Below, in pieces: positions 20,232 through 30,451 of a DNA stretch of 64,000 bases. Made by a program: the position numbers and the translations under genes. The notes under the pieces were generated by a model. That model was not told the DNA's origin, searched no databases, and was given only the letters and a program-made list of their open reading frames with translations. Position 1 is the stretch's first letter. Every line of letters begins with the position of its first letter. This DNA comes from an uncultured candidate division Zixibacteria bacterium (GTDB taxonomy: Bacteria > Zixibacteria > MSB-5A5 > GN15 > FEB-12): positions 1,472,001 to 1,536,000 of the forward strand of contig OY760907.1 in NCBI GenBank assembly GCA_963664195.1, given 5' to 3'.

Positions 20232-20801
20232 CTACCACACCAACCGGTACAGCGGTCTGGTCGGAGCCAAGCGCTGAATTTCAACGAAACCTAATCGTTG
20301 GAACAGCACCTCCGGGCCGGTGTAGGAAAAGGCCGGTGGCAGTTTATTGCCGTCTTTTGTCAGCGTGACGGGGTAGGCCTCGACGAGTTTGCCTTTGTGT
20401 CGTTCGATTGCTTTGACCGCTTCTTCGGCCATCAGGAAACCGAGATTCTTGCCGCGATATCCCTTTGCGAGGAAGAAACAGTTGATGCACCAAACCCCTT
20501 CCGTGTCCTCGCGACGGTAGGCCCTGGTGCGGTCCAGTCGGGGGAAGTCGTTTCGTTTGCCGAACGAGCACCATCCGCAAGGCGTGTCGCCGTCGAAAGC
20601 CAGAATTCCGAGAGCCTTGCCGGATTCGACCAGCTTTTTGAAGGCATGACGGTTTGGCTCGCCCTTGGCCGCCTCCCAGGTTTTGCCCCCTTTTTCGATC
20701 CGCCAGTGCATGCACCAGCAACCGCCACAGGCACCTTTGGAGCCAAAGAGCGTCTCGATATTGGGCCAGTCTTCGGGATTGAGTTCGCGGACGCTGATCA
20801 T
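20232..20801 (-). CDS. GNAT-family N-acetyltransferase
   Basis: GCWCMHWR, CFFL...YRGKNLG, VEAYP. Confidence 0.85.
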   Translation of the reverse strand: MISVRELNPEDWPNIETLFGSKGACGGCWCMHWRIEKGGKTWEAAKGEPNRHAFKKLVESGKALGILAFDGDTPCGWCSFGKRNDFPRLDRTRAYRREDTEGVWCINCFFLAKGYRGKNLGFLMAEEAVKAIERHKGKLVEAYPVTLTKDGNKLPPAFSYTGPEVLFQRLGFVEIQRLAPTRPLYRLVW

Positions 20802-21112
20802 AGGACCTTCCTTGGTTAGATTGAGGGTCGGCACGGGCCATGTGGCCTCATGAACATCTTATGTCAGAGAGGACTTGAAGGCAATACCCGATTATCGCGC
20901 AATTCCGTGCTATTAAATCTGTTACATCGCCCGGCAGGTCCAAAAACAGCTTGCTTTTTGGTCCGGGTTCTCTAATCTTTGAAACGATTCACGGTCCTCA
21001 ACCGTTATGTCCGTACGGTGCCTTTCAGGCGAGTCGCTGGAGAAAGCCTCGTCGGGCGGTCCGTGCTCAGAATTGGGAAGATAAGGCAAATCAGGTATAA
21101 AGGTATTTAGAC

Positions 21113-21448
21113 ATGAAATTTACCGATGAAGTTAACGATGCAGGTGTCATCACGATTGACATCTCCGGAAAGATCATGGGTGGCGAGGAGACAACGCTGT
21201 TCCACGGGAAGCTGCATGAGTATATCCAGTTGAACAAGAAGAACTTCGTGCTGGACCTCAAGAAGGTTGAATGGATGAACTCGGTTGGTCTTGGGATGCT
21301 GATCTCGGCTCTTACTACTGTCAAGAATTCCGGTGGCCGCCTAGTGCTGGCCAATATAACCAATATTGAGTCGATTTTGGCGATGACGCGCCTGATCACG
21401 GTGTTTGAGCATTTCGATTCCCGTGAGGAAGCGCTCAAGTCTTTTTAG
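21113..21448 (+). CDS. STAS-domain anti-sigma factor antagonist
   Basis: VLDLKKVEWMNSVGLGML with conserved phospho-Ser. Confidence 0.9.
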   Translation: MKFTDEVNDAGVITIDISGKIMGGEETTLFHGKLHEYIQLNKKNFVLDLKKVEWMNSVGLGMLISALTTVKNSGGRLVLANITNIESILAMTRLITVFEHFDSREEALKSF

Positions 21449-21480
21449 TATTCGAGCTTTGCAGGCGAAGATATCTGAAG

Positions 21481-21508
21481 AAGCCCCGTAAGAGTACGGG
21501 GCTTTATT
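21481..21508 (+). terminator. Intrinsic terminator
   Basis: aagccccgta-agag-tacggggctt followed by tatt. Confidence 0.7.
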
Positions 21509-21665
21509 ACTTTCGGAGCGACGAGGACTGTCTCAATGATTGCCCGGGGTCGATTGCACGATGGCTCTTGTTGATTCGTTAGTAGACATTGGTTATAATG
21601 TCCGTTGATAGATTCAGCCAGACACGAGCAACATTTGTTCTTGACATCACATGGAGAGCCTGCGC

Positions 21666-22505
21666 ATGTTTCAGTCCGTCGTTCAGGTTGACGCCTTCAC
21701 CGACAAACCGTTTTCCGGCAATCCGGCCGCCGTTTGCGTTATGGAGGGTCCGGCCGATGAAGGCTGGATGCAGACTGTGGCGCGAGAGATGAACCTCTCG
21801 GAGACGGCTTTTCTCTATCCTGACGACCAGGGTTATCATCTTCGCTGGTTCACTCCCAAAGTTGAAGTCAATTTGTGCGGGCATGCTACCCTGGCCAGTG
21901 CGCACGTGCTGTTTGAATCCGAGTTGATTCCTGAAGGCAAGTCTATCCATTTCAAAACGAGAAGCGGCTTGCTCACGGCTCGTCGTGACGGCGAGTTTAT
22001 CGAATTGGATTTCCCTGCCACGCACGTGGAAGAGTCCTCGATCCCCCCGGGACTCACGCAACTACTGGGAGTGCGGCCTAAGTTTGTCGGGCGCTCTGCC
22101 TTTGATTACCTGGTTGAGGTGGAATCCGAGGCTATTGTGCGTGCGCTGAAACCGGACTTCTCCGAGTTATCCAAGTTGCCGGTGCGCGGGTTGTGTGTGA
22201 CGGCGTTTGATTTCTCCAAACAGTATGATTTCGTATCGCGGTTTTTCGCCCCGGCTGCGGGTGTCAATGAGGATCCTGTTACCGGGTCGGCTCATTGTGC
22301 GCTGGCTCCGTATTGGGCGAAGTATCTTAAGCGGAACGAGTTTCTTGCCTACCAGGCCTCACCGCGTGGTGGGGAAGTGCGACTTCGTTTGGAAGGCGAT
22401 AGAGTTATTTTGGGGGGGCGGGCGATTACGGTTATGCGTGGCGAGTTGACCTCGGACCGCGTGCCGGAGATAGAGGCACCGAAGACACCAGAGTCACAGC
22501 TATAA
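21666..22505 (+). CDS. PhzF-family isomerase/epimerase
   Basis: QVDAFT...GNPAAV, NLSETAF, LCGHATLA, EDPVTGSAH. Confidence 0.93.
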   Translation: MFQSVVQVDAFTDKPFSGNPAAVCVMEGPADEGWMQTVAREMNLSETAFLYPDDQGYHLRWFTPKVEVNLCGHATLASAHVLFESELIPEGKSIHFKTRSGLLTARRDGEFIELDFPATHVEESSIPPGLTQLLGVRPKFVGRSAFDYLVEVESEAIVRALKPDFSELSKLPVRGLCVTAFDFSKQYDFVSRFFAPAAGVNEDPVTGSAHCALAPYWAKYLKRNEFLAYQASPRGGEVRLRLEGDRVILGGRAITVMRGELTSDRVPEIEAPKTPESQL

Positions 22506-22705
22506 GTCCCGTGCGCGGCACACGCAAGTGTGCCCGTTGAAACACCGGGACTCTCATGTGTGGGGCAGGCTGGGGCAGATTGTCATCTGCCGCCCACAGT
22601 CAGCGATAGCACTTACAACTTTCACGCCGTTGTACATCACATTCTCAGGTTAATCAATCTCATCGGTTGCTTCCTCGCGTTCTGCGCCTATATTCTCCTA
22701 CTATC

Positions 22706-24895
22706 ATGAACAGACTTCTTGAAGACCTTAATGACGCCCAGCGCGAGGCCGTCACCACCACCGATGGTCCTTTGCTGGTAATAGCCGGAGCGGGTTCCGG
22801 CAAAACGCGCGTATTGACCCGCAGGCTGGCCTATCTTCTTACCGAGCGACTGGCTGATCCGTATCAGATTCTCGCCGTGACGTTTACGAACAAAGCTGCC
22901 GGGGAGATGAAAGAACGTGTGGCTGCGCAAATGGGTTGTTCGATGGACCAGATGAGCGTGTCGACCTTCCATTCGTTCTGCGCTCGACTTTTGCGCCGCG
23001 AGGCGGAAGCGCTCGGTTACGGAACGAATTTCACGATATTCGATCAATCAGATTCGCTGACTCTGGTCAAGAACGCCATCAAAGAACTCGGTTTTGCGGA
23101 GGGGCAGTTCCCTGCCAAAGGGCAGCTTCGCAAGATCTCCGACGCCAAAAACCGCATGGTGAGTGCGGAGGCGTTTGCTTCGAGTGCTTCGGGGTACTTC
23201 GAGTCACGGACCGCTCAACTGTACGAGCTGTATCAGCGTCGACTGCGGGCCTGTGATGCGATGGATTTCGATGACCTCCTGTTCAACGCTGTCGTGCTCT
23301 TGAAATCCAACGAGCAGATCGGCGAGCGCTACCGCAATCGGTTCCGGTATCTGATGGTCGACGAGTACCAGGACACAAACCACATTCAGTATCTGCTGTT
23401 GAAGCATCTGCTGGGTGAACATCAGAATATGTGTGTGGTCGGTGATGAGGATCAGTCGATTTACGGTTGGCGCGGTGCCGACATTCGCAACATTCTCGAT
23501 TTCGAGAAGGATTTCCCGGGGGCGAAAATCATTCGGCTGGAGCAGAATTATCGCTCGACACAGATCATTCTCGATGCGGCCGGTCACGTAATCCAGAACA
23601 ACCAGATGCGCAAGGGGAAGAAGCTCTGGACCTCGCAGCAGGGGGGCGAAAAGCTCGATTTGTTTCTGGTAGATTCGGCCGAGGACGAGGCGGTGATGGT
23701 GGTGAGTCAGATCAAACAGCGCCTGGAAGAATGCTGCCTGCGGCAGAACGTCGTGCTGTACCGCACCAATGCCCAGTCGAGACCGTTTGAGGAGCAGTTT
23801 CGTCGCGAGAATATGCCGTACCAGATAGTGGGAGGGGTGGCGTTTTACCAGCGCAAAGAGATCAAAGATTTGATGGCGTATCTCAAGCTGATTGCAAACG
23901 CGGCGGATGATGTCTCGTTCCAGCGGGTGATAAACTACCCGAAACGAGGGCTGGGGAAGATTACGATTCTGCAAATAGCGGATCTGGCCCGCAAGCATAG
24001 TGTGCCGATGTACGACATTGCCAAAAACGCGATTCTGTATCCAGAATTGTCGGGCAAGTTCAAGCGGATGGAGCCGTTTGTGGCGTTGATCGAGAAGTAC
24101 CGTGAGAAGAAAAGCACGGAACCGATAGATTTGCTGACCCAGGATCTGGTGACCGAGCTGGAGTTGATAGATGAACTTCGTGCCGAGGACTTGATTATCG
24201 GGCAGACCAAAGTCGACAACGTCGAAGCGTTCATTGAAGGTACGGCTGAGTATTCAAAGACCAATGCTGAAGCGCGACTCGAAAACTACCTGGCCGAGAT
24301 TTCGCTGTTTACCGATCTGGATCAGTACCGAGAGATCGACGACAAAGTCACGCTTATGACTATCCACGCCGCGAAGGGACTTGAGTACGAGACGGTGTTT
24401 CTGGCCGGGTTGGAAGAGGGTCTGTTCCCGCTTCAGCGCGCAACTACCGAGCCGGCGGAGTTGGAAGAGGAGAGACGGTTGTTTTATGTTGGTGCGACGC
24501 GTGCCCGCAAGAAACTGTTTTTGACGTCAGCCGGGAGTCGGTTCCGGTTCGGCGAGGTAGAGTCGATTCCTTCGCGGTTCATCAAAGAGATACCGAAGGA
24601 GTTGATGGAGATTCGCGACATGCAGCAGCGACGTCGTGCGGTCTACGACAACGGGCAGGTTGCAGCCGGGGCGGCGGCGAGACAGCCGGCATCGACACAG
24701 ACAGGTATGCACTATGTTTACGAAGAGGACGAGATCATGCAGCCGGGGCGGATTGTGGCGCACCCGACCTTTGGTCGCGGCAAGATAATCAAGACCGAGG
24801 GGTTCGGGGAGTCGATGCGGCTTGAGATCATGTTCTCCGGAATCGGGGTCAAAAGGATCATGGCGAAATTCGCTAAACTCAAGGTGGTGGGTTAG
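22706..24895 (+). CDS. pcrA: UvrD/PcrA-family ATP-dependent DNA helicase with C-terminal Tudor-like domain
   Basis: AGAGSGKT, DEYQDTN, VGDEDQSIYGWRGA, LEQNYRS, TIHAAKGLE, EEERRLFYVG. Confidence 0.93.
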   Translation: MNRLLEDLNDAQREAVTTTDGPLLVIAGAGSGKTRVLTRRLAYLLTERLADPYQILAVTFTNKAAGEMKERVAAQMGCSMDQMSVSTFHSFCARLLRREAEALGYGTNFTIFDQSDSLTLVKNAIKELGFAEGQFPAKGQLRKISDAKNRMVSAEAFASSASGYFESRTAQLYELYQRRLRACDAMDFDDLLFNAVVLLKSNEQIGERYRNRFRYLMVDEYQDTNHIQYLLLKHLLGEHQNMCVVGDEDQSIYGWRGADIRNILDFEKDFPGAKIIRLEQNYRSTQIILDAAGHVIQNNQMRKGKKLWTSQQGGEKLDLFLVDSAEDEAVMVVSQIKQRLEECCLRQNVVLYRTNAQSRPFEEQFRRENMPYQIVGGVAFYQRKEIKDLMAYLKLIANAADDVSFQRVINYPKRGLGKITILQIADLARKHSVPMYDIAKNAILYPELSGKFKRMEPFVALIEKYREKKSTEPIDLLTQDLVTELELIDELRAEDLIIGQTKVDNVEAFIEGTAEYSKTNAEARLENYLAEISLFTDLDQYREIDDKVTLMTIHAAKGLEYETVFLAGLEEGLFPLQRATTEPAELEEERRLFYVGATRARKKLFLTSAGSRFRFGEVESIPSRFIKEIPKELMEIRDMQQRRRAVYDNGQVAAGAAARQPASTQTGMHYVYEEDEIMQPGRIVAHPTFGRGKIIKTEGFGESMRLEIMFSGIGVKRIMAKFAKLKVVG

Positions 24896-24999
24896 TCGAT
24901 TCGATTCAAGGAATGCGCATTACTTACAGTCTAGGGGCGGTTTTTAGTTTGCGTTGATTCTCCTTGGCGGCGTTTTATTCTGTTTATGGGAGTCCTTTC

Positions 25000-25896
25000 A
25001 TGACCAGCCTGCTGCATTTCGACATCACCGAGAAACTCGGCGAGGGCAAAAACGGCGAGGCGTTTCTGGCTCTGGATTCGGGGCTCCAGCGGGTGTTTGT
25101 GTTGAAGCTGCTCGATCCGGATCGCGCACAGGATGAGGTCTGGCTGTCGGCTTTTCGTGCGCAGATTGATACTCTTGCAAAGATCGAAGACTCCGTATTG
25201 GCCGAGGTCTATTCTGTCGAACAGGATGGCGACAAGCGGTTTGTGGTGCGAGAGTTTGTCGAAGGAGTTTCGATAGGCAAGCTCGTTTCGAAACGGGCAC
25301 ACGATTACCGGAGCATTCTAGTTGTCGCCATCTCGCTGGCAGAGGCGCTGAGGAACCTGCACGACAGGGACATTTTTCACGGCAATCTCACGTCTGAGAA
25401 CGTTATTATCTCCTCCAAAGGAGGGGTGAAATTGACCGACTGTGGTCTCGCGGTGGCTGGCAAAGACATCGCGTTTGTAGCGCCAGAGATTCTCCAGGGA
25501 GAAACGGAGACCGAGCAGAGCGATCTGTATTCGCTCGGCGCGGTCCTCTACCACTCTCTCGTCGGAGTGCCCGTGTTCGCCGATGACGACCCGGCTAAGC
25601 TCAGGGAGATGATACTCACCGAGTCAGTCAGTTTTGACGAAGCTCCTGCGAATCTTATCCCCTCTGATGCCCGCCTTCTGATCGGGAAGCTACTATCTAA
25701 GACTCCGGCTGACCGGTTCGGAAGTGTCGAGGAACTTCTGATCACGCTCCGTGAGATCAAGGCACTCGGTCTGGCCGCGGCGGAAGTGTCTGAACTGCCG
25801 CATTCAAAGTACAGTCCGCGCCAGTATCTACTCATATCGATCCTTGCCGCCCTTCTCGTGATTTTCTGGCTTGTCGTCAGTTCACTTGAACGCTGA
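25000..25896 (+). CDS. Hanks-type Ser/Thr kinase-like protein with C-terminal TM helix (probable pseudokinase)
   Basis: LGEG, VLK, APE, DLYSLG present; catalytic loop HGNLTSEN and DCG are degenerate. Confidence 0.8.
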   Translation: MTSLLHFDITEKLGEGKNGEAFLALDSGLQRVFVLKLLDPDRAQDEVWLSAFRAQIDTLAKIEDSVLAEVYSVEQDGDKRFVVREFVEGVSIGKLVSKRAHDYRSILVVAISLAEALRNLHDRDIFHGNLTSENVIISSKGGVKLTDCGLAVAGKDIAFVAPEILQGETETEQSDLYSLGAVLYHSLVGVPVFADDDPAKLREMILTESVSFDEAPANLIPSDARLLIGKLLSKTPADRFGSVEELLITLREIKALGLAAAEVSELPHSKYSPRQYLLISILAALLVIFWLVVSSLER

Positions 25897-26068
25897 AAAC
25901 GTCTCCGAAGTCGACTTAAGGTCTTTCCCGACATCGCATTACAAACGAGGCTGGAACGGCCCGGTTGAGAGCCAAAAAGTCCTTTCCCTGACAGAGTATT
26001 GTCCGTATAGTTTAAGGTTTGCCCGGAGCGATTTCCGGCTTGAAACTACAGATGAATGGGGCAGATAG

Positions 26069-28468
26069 ATGAAGCTCGACTATAATTCGGAAAAGATCGA
26101 GGTGCGTCCTCGGCTTTCGGTGATTCCGCTGCGCGACGTGGTGGTTTTTCCGCACATGATATATCCGCTGCTGGTTGGTCGTGAGTTCACCGTCAAGGCG
26201 CTTCAGGAAGCGATGATTCATGACAAGCAAGTGCTGCTCGTGGCTCAGAAGTCTTCGACCGTGGACAATCCCGAGGCAGACGATCTGTACGAGTTCGGGA
26301 TTGTCGCCCGCATTCTTCAGGTCATGAAGATGCCGAACGGCACGCTTAAGGTGCTGGTCGAGGGCATGGTTCGTGCGGAGATCGTGACTCTCTCCGCTTC
26401 GGGCGAGTTCATGACCGCCAAGATTGCGATGATCCGTCACGGCGGGGAGAAGTTTGACCAGGAGACAGAAGCGCTTTCCAGGGCCGTCTCTGAGCAGTTC
26501 TCCGAGTACGTTCGTCTCAACCGGCGCATTCCTGACGAGGTGCTGGTGTCGATAGCCTCGATCGATGCTTATGAGCAGCAGGCGGATACAATTGCCGCGC
26601 ACTTGCTGCATAAGATAGAGACCAAACAGCGGTTGCTCGAAACGAGAACGGTCAAGCAGGAGTTTCTCGTGCTCTCCGAGATACTCAAGGAAGAGATCGA
26701 GATTCTCAATATCGAGCACAAGATTGATGGCACGGTGCGTGAATCCATGTCCCGCGGGCAGCGTGAAGTATATCTTCAACAGCAGCTTAAGGCGATCAAA
26801 GACGAACTGGGCCAGAACGATGATTCCGGGGCCGAGGTTGAAGACCTCTATACCAAGCTTGATACCGGCAGCTACCCCGACAGGGTGGTGGCCAAAGCTG
26901 AAGAAGAAATCCGCAAGCTGTCCAAAATGCACCCGTACTCTGCCGAAGCCGGCGTTGTACGGTCGTATGTCGAGTGGCTGCTCGCATTACCGTGGACGGA
27001 TACTACCGAAGATCGTATGGATTTCGCCGAGGTAAAGTCGATTCTCGACGGTGACCATTTCGGTTTGGAAAAGCCAAAACAGCGTATTCTCGAACACCTG
27101 GCCGTGATTCGGCTGGCCAAGAAGGTCAAGGGGCCGATCCTCTGTCTGGTTGGCCCTCCAGGGGTCGGGAAGACCTCTGTTGGCCGGTCAATTGCTCGCT
27201 CGATGGGACGCAAGTTTGTGCGCATGTCTCTGGGCGGCATCCATGACGAGGCTGAAATCAGGGGACATCGCCGGACGTACATCGGTGCGATGCCGGGGCG
27301 GATCATTCAGTCGCTGAAGAAGGCGGAATCCAGCAACCCGGTCTTCCTCCTTGACGAGGTCGACAAGATCGGACGTGACTTCCGTGGCGATCCGGGTGCG
27401 GCGTTGCTTGAGGTGCTTGATCCGGAACAAAATTCGACATTCACTGACAACTACCTTGAAGTCGAGTATGATCTGTCGGATGTGCTGTTCGTGACAACGG
27501 CCAACTCAACCGCCAGTATCCCGGTTCCGCTGCGTGACCGTATGGAGATCATCAGGCTGCCGGGGTATCTTGATTTTGAAAAGGCGGCTATCGCCCGTGA
27601 TTTTCTCCTGCCGAAACTTCGTACGGAAATTGGCCTCGATCGAGTGACAATCGACGCGCGTGAGGAGGCGATATTTGAGATCATTCGCTATTACACCCGC
27701 GAGTCCGGCGTGCGTGAGCTGGACCGTCAGATCGGTTCGCTGCTGAGGAAAGTTGCGCTGACCATCGCCGAGGGAAAACGTATTCGCAAACTGGTAGTGA
27801 ACACGGCAAAAGTCCATAAGTTGCTGGGCAAACGGCAATACATCGACACAAATATCAAATCGACTCCGACTGTCGGTTATGCAATAGCCCTGGCTTGGAC
27901 TGAAGTCGGCGGAGAAATCCTGCCGGTTGAGGTCATTCCGATGCCGGGGCGGTCGAAACTGACGCTCACCGGATCGCTGGGCGATGTTATGCGCGAGTCG
28001 GCAATGGCGGCGATGTCGTATATACGCAATCACGCCACACAGTTCGGTCTGAAGGATGATTTCTTTGAGAAGCAGGAAATTCACGTTCACATACCCGAAG
28101 GTGCTGTGCCGAAAGACGGTCCCTCGGCAGGGGTGACGTTGACAACGGCATTGCTGTCGAGTCTGACGGGGATACCCTCGCGGACGGATATTGCCATGAC
28201 AGGCGAGATCACGTTGACCGGCGACGTATTGCCTATCGGCGGGTTGAACGAGAAGCTTCTGGCAGCAAAACGGATGGGCATTTGCGAGGTCATTTTGCCG
28301 GCCCGGAACGAAAAGGATGTAGCTGAGTTGCAGCCGGAATTGTTGGAAGGGTTGACTCTTCATTTTGTCAAGCGTATCTCCGAAGTGGTCAATCTGGCAC
28401 TTACGAAATCGCCGTACGTGAAAAAGAACAAGAGAACTGTCAATCGTCAGGCGGCCGGACTGCGCTAG
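26069..28468 (+). CDS. lon: Endopeptidase La (Lon)
   Basis: PLRDVVVFP N-domain, GPPGVGKTS, HRRTYIGAMPG, PKDGPSAG catalytic Ser. Confidence 0.97.
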   Translation: MKLDYNSEKIEVRPRLSVIPLRDVVVFPHMIYPLLVGREFTVKALQEAMIHDKQVLLVAQKSSTVDNPEADDLYEFGIVARILQVMKMPNGTLKVLVEGMVRAEIVTLSASGEFMTAKIAMIRHGGEKFDQETEALSRAVSEQFSEYVRLNRRIPDEVLVSIASIDAYEQQADTIAAHLLHKIETKQRLLETRTVKQEFLVLSEILKEEIEILNIEHKIDGTVRESMSRGQREVYLQQQLKAIKDELGQNDDSGAEVEDLYTKLDTGSYPDRVVAKAEEEIRKLSKMHPYSAEAGVVRSYVEWLLALPWTDTTEDRMDFAEVKSILDGDHFGLEKPKQRILEHLAVIRLAKKVKGPILCLVGPPGVGKTSVGRSIARSMGRKFVRMSLGGIHDEAEIRGHRRTYIGAMPGRIIQSLKKAESSNPVFLLDEVDKIGRDFRGDPGAALLEVLDPEQNSTFTDNYLEVEYDLSDVLFVTTANSTASIPVPLRDRMEIIRLPGYLDFEKAAIARDFLLPKLRTEIGLDRVTIDAREEAIFEIIRYYTRESGVRELDRQIGSLLRKVALTIAEGKRIRKLVVNTAKVHKLLGKRQYIDTNIKSTPTVGYAIALAWTEVGGEILPVEVIPMPGRSKLTLTGSLGDVMRESAMAAMSYIRNHATQFGLKDDFFEKQEIHVHIPEGAVPKDGPSAGVTLTTALLSSLTGIPSRTDIAMTGEITLTGDVLPIGGLNEKLLAAKRMGICEVILPARNEKDVAELQPELLEGLTLHFVKRISEVVNLALTKSPYVKKNKRTVNRQAAGLR

Positions 28469-28522
28469 GGCGCGGAATCGCGCCTGACGAGTATTGGATA
28501 CAGGTAGACGGGAGAGAGCACC

Positions 28523-29125
28523 ATAGCCTTCAAAGACCCCGAGGCGAAATTCATCGGCTCGTTTTTCAAGCTGGAGCAGATTCCCTCTGACCGGCGGCCG
28601 CAGATTGCTGTAGCCGGACGGTCTAATGTGGGCAAATCCTCGCTGCTTAACAATGCTGTCGGGGTGAGGAAGCTGGCCAAGGTTTCCAAGACGCCCGGTC
28701 GGACGCGATCGCTGAATTTCTTCAAGATCGACGACCGGTATTACCTGGTGGACCTGCCCGGTTACGGATACGCCAAGGTGAGCAAGTCGATGCGGGCTGA
28801 ATGGGGCCGGATGATCGAGGACTATTTGGTTAATGGAGAGCGCCTGATAGGCCTCGTCCTGTTACTGGACAGCCGTCGTGATCCCACTCCCGAAGACTGG
28901 GAACTGATACAATGGCTGGCCGGTCGGCAGCTTCCCGTGCTGGTGGTTCTCACAAAAGCAGACAAGCTGAATAAAGACAAACTGAATCGAAAGGTTCAAC
29001 TGGTTGAATCGGAACTCGGGGTGGCAGTCATCCCGTTTTCAGTGGTCACTCCGATTGGTAAGCATGAACTGATGAGTGCCATTCAGGAATTGGTGAGCGA
29101 ACATACAGAGCAGAACAAAGGCTAA
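28523..29125 (+). CDS. engB: Ribosome biogenesis GTPase YihA/YsxC (EngB), probable ATA start
   Basis: AKFIGS...GRSNVGKSS, KTPGRT, DLPGYG, TKADK; ORF track start 28628 falls inside G1; in-frame stop at 28505. Confidence 0.92.
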   Translation: MAFKDPEAKFIGSFFKLEQIPSDRRPQIAVAGRSNVGKSSLLNNAVGVRKLAKVSKTPGRTRSLNFFKIDDRYYLVDLPGYGYAKVSKSMRAEWGRMIEDYLVNGERLIGLVLLLDSRRDPTPEDWELIQWLAGRQLPVLVVLTKADKLNKDKLNRKVQLVESELGVAVIPFSVVTPIGKHELMSAIQELVSEHTEQNKG

Positions 29126-29130
29126 GCGGA

Positions 29131-30405
29131 ATGGGTAAGAACAGAGTTGTTGTAGGCTGTCAATGGGGCGATGAAGGCAAGGGCAAGATTGTGGATCTTC
29201 TCGCGGCGCAGGCAGACATTATCGCGCGCTTCCAGGGAGGTGCAAACGCCGGCCACACGATTGTGGTGGGCGACAAAAAATACGTCCTGCACTTGATACC
29301 CTCGGGAATCATCCAGCCGGGCAAGAAGTGTTATGTCGGCAACGGTGTTGTGCTCGATCCGTTCGGGTTCAAAGAGGAACTTGAGTTTCTCGATGAAAAG
29401 GGAATCGAATACAAGGGACGGCTATTCATCTCGCCGGCCACCAACATGGTTCTGCCGTATCATAAGCTGATCGACGCCTACCAGGAACAGGCTCGAGGCA
29501 CGGGCTCCATCGGTACTACCGGGCGCGGCATTGGACCGGCATATGTCGATAAGGTTGCCCGCCACGGCATCCGTGTCGCTGATTTGTTTGCCCCGAGTCG
29601 TCTGAAAGCCCGTTTGGACTATCAGCGCAAGATTAAGGCCAAGTATTTTGACGGTTCCACCGATGAGCGTGCCGATCTTGATCGTACCTACGCCGAGTTG
29701 CTCGAATTGGCAAAGATGATTCAACCGATGGTGGTCGATGTCTCCTATGAGCTGTTCCAGGCCTACAAGGCTGGCAAGGCTATTCTGTACGAAGGAGCGC
29801 AGGGCGTTATGCTCGACGTTGACCTGGGTACGTATCCCTTCGCGACATCTTCCAATACAACAACCGGCGGCGTGCTGACCGGTTTGGGAATCGGTCCCAA
29901 GATGATTGACGAAGTCGTGGGCGTGATCAAAGCATACACGACACGTGTGGGTACCGGCCCGTTCCCGACCGAGCTTATTGATGATACCGGCGAGAAGATG
30001 CGTGCCACCGGCGATGAATTCGGGGCCACTACCGGCCGTCCGCGTCGTTGCGGTTGGCTTGACCTGGTGGCGCTCAGGCACGCGGTGCGGATCAACGGTG
30101 TGGATTCTATCGCCGTTACCAAGCTCGACGTGCTCGATGATATGGACGAGATCAAGGTTTGTGTGGCGTATGAACTCGACGGCAAAAGGCTCGATCAGGT
30201 GCCGCTTGATCTGTCGGAGTTGCAGCATGTCAAGCCGGTGTACGAGACGCTGCCGGGTTGGAAGGCCGACGCTACCGGATTGACCGCGTTTGGGGATCTT
30301 CCGGAGAAGGCGCAGGAGTACCTGAACTTTATCGCTAACGATTTGGACGTGAAGATTCTCCTCGTGTCGACCGGTGCGAAACGCGAAGAGACGATTATGG
30401 TATAA
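29131..30405 (+). CDS. purA: Adenylosuccinate synthetase
   Basis: QWGDEGKGK, GGANAGHT, GIGPAY, EFGATTGRPRRCGW. Confidence 0.98.
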   Translation: MGKNRVVVGCQWGDEGKGKIVDLLAAQADIIARFQGGANAGHTIVVGDKKYVLHLIPSGIIQPGKKCYVGNGVVLDPFGFKEELEFLDEKGIEYKGRLFISPATNMVLPYHKLIDAYQEQARGTGSIGTTGRGIGPAYVDKVARHGIRVADLFAPSRLKARLDYQRKIKAKYFDGSTDERADLDRTYAELLELAKMIQPMVVDVSYELFQAYKAGKAILYEGAQGVMLDVDLGTYPFATSSNTTTGGVLTGLGIGPKMIDEVVGVIKAYTTRVGTGPFPTELIDDTGEKMRATGDEFGATTGRPRRCGWLDLVALRHAVRINGVDSIAVTKLDVLDDMDEIKVCVAYELDGKRLDQVPLDLSELQHVKPVYETLPGWKADATGLTAFGDLPEKAQEYLNFIANDLDVKILLVSTGAKREETIMV

Positions 30406-30451
30406 ACTGAAACGGGCAAGCTGACTGAAGGAATAGAACAGGAGAAGACTC

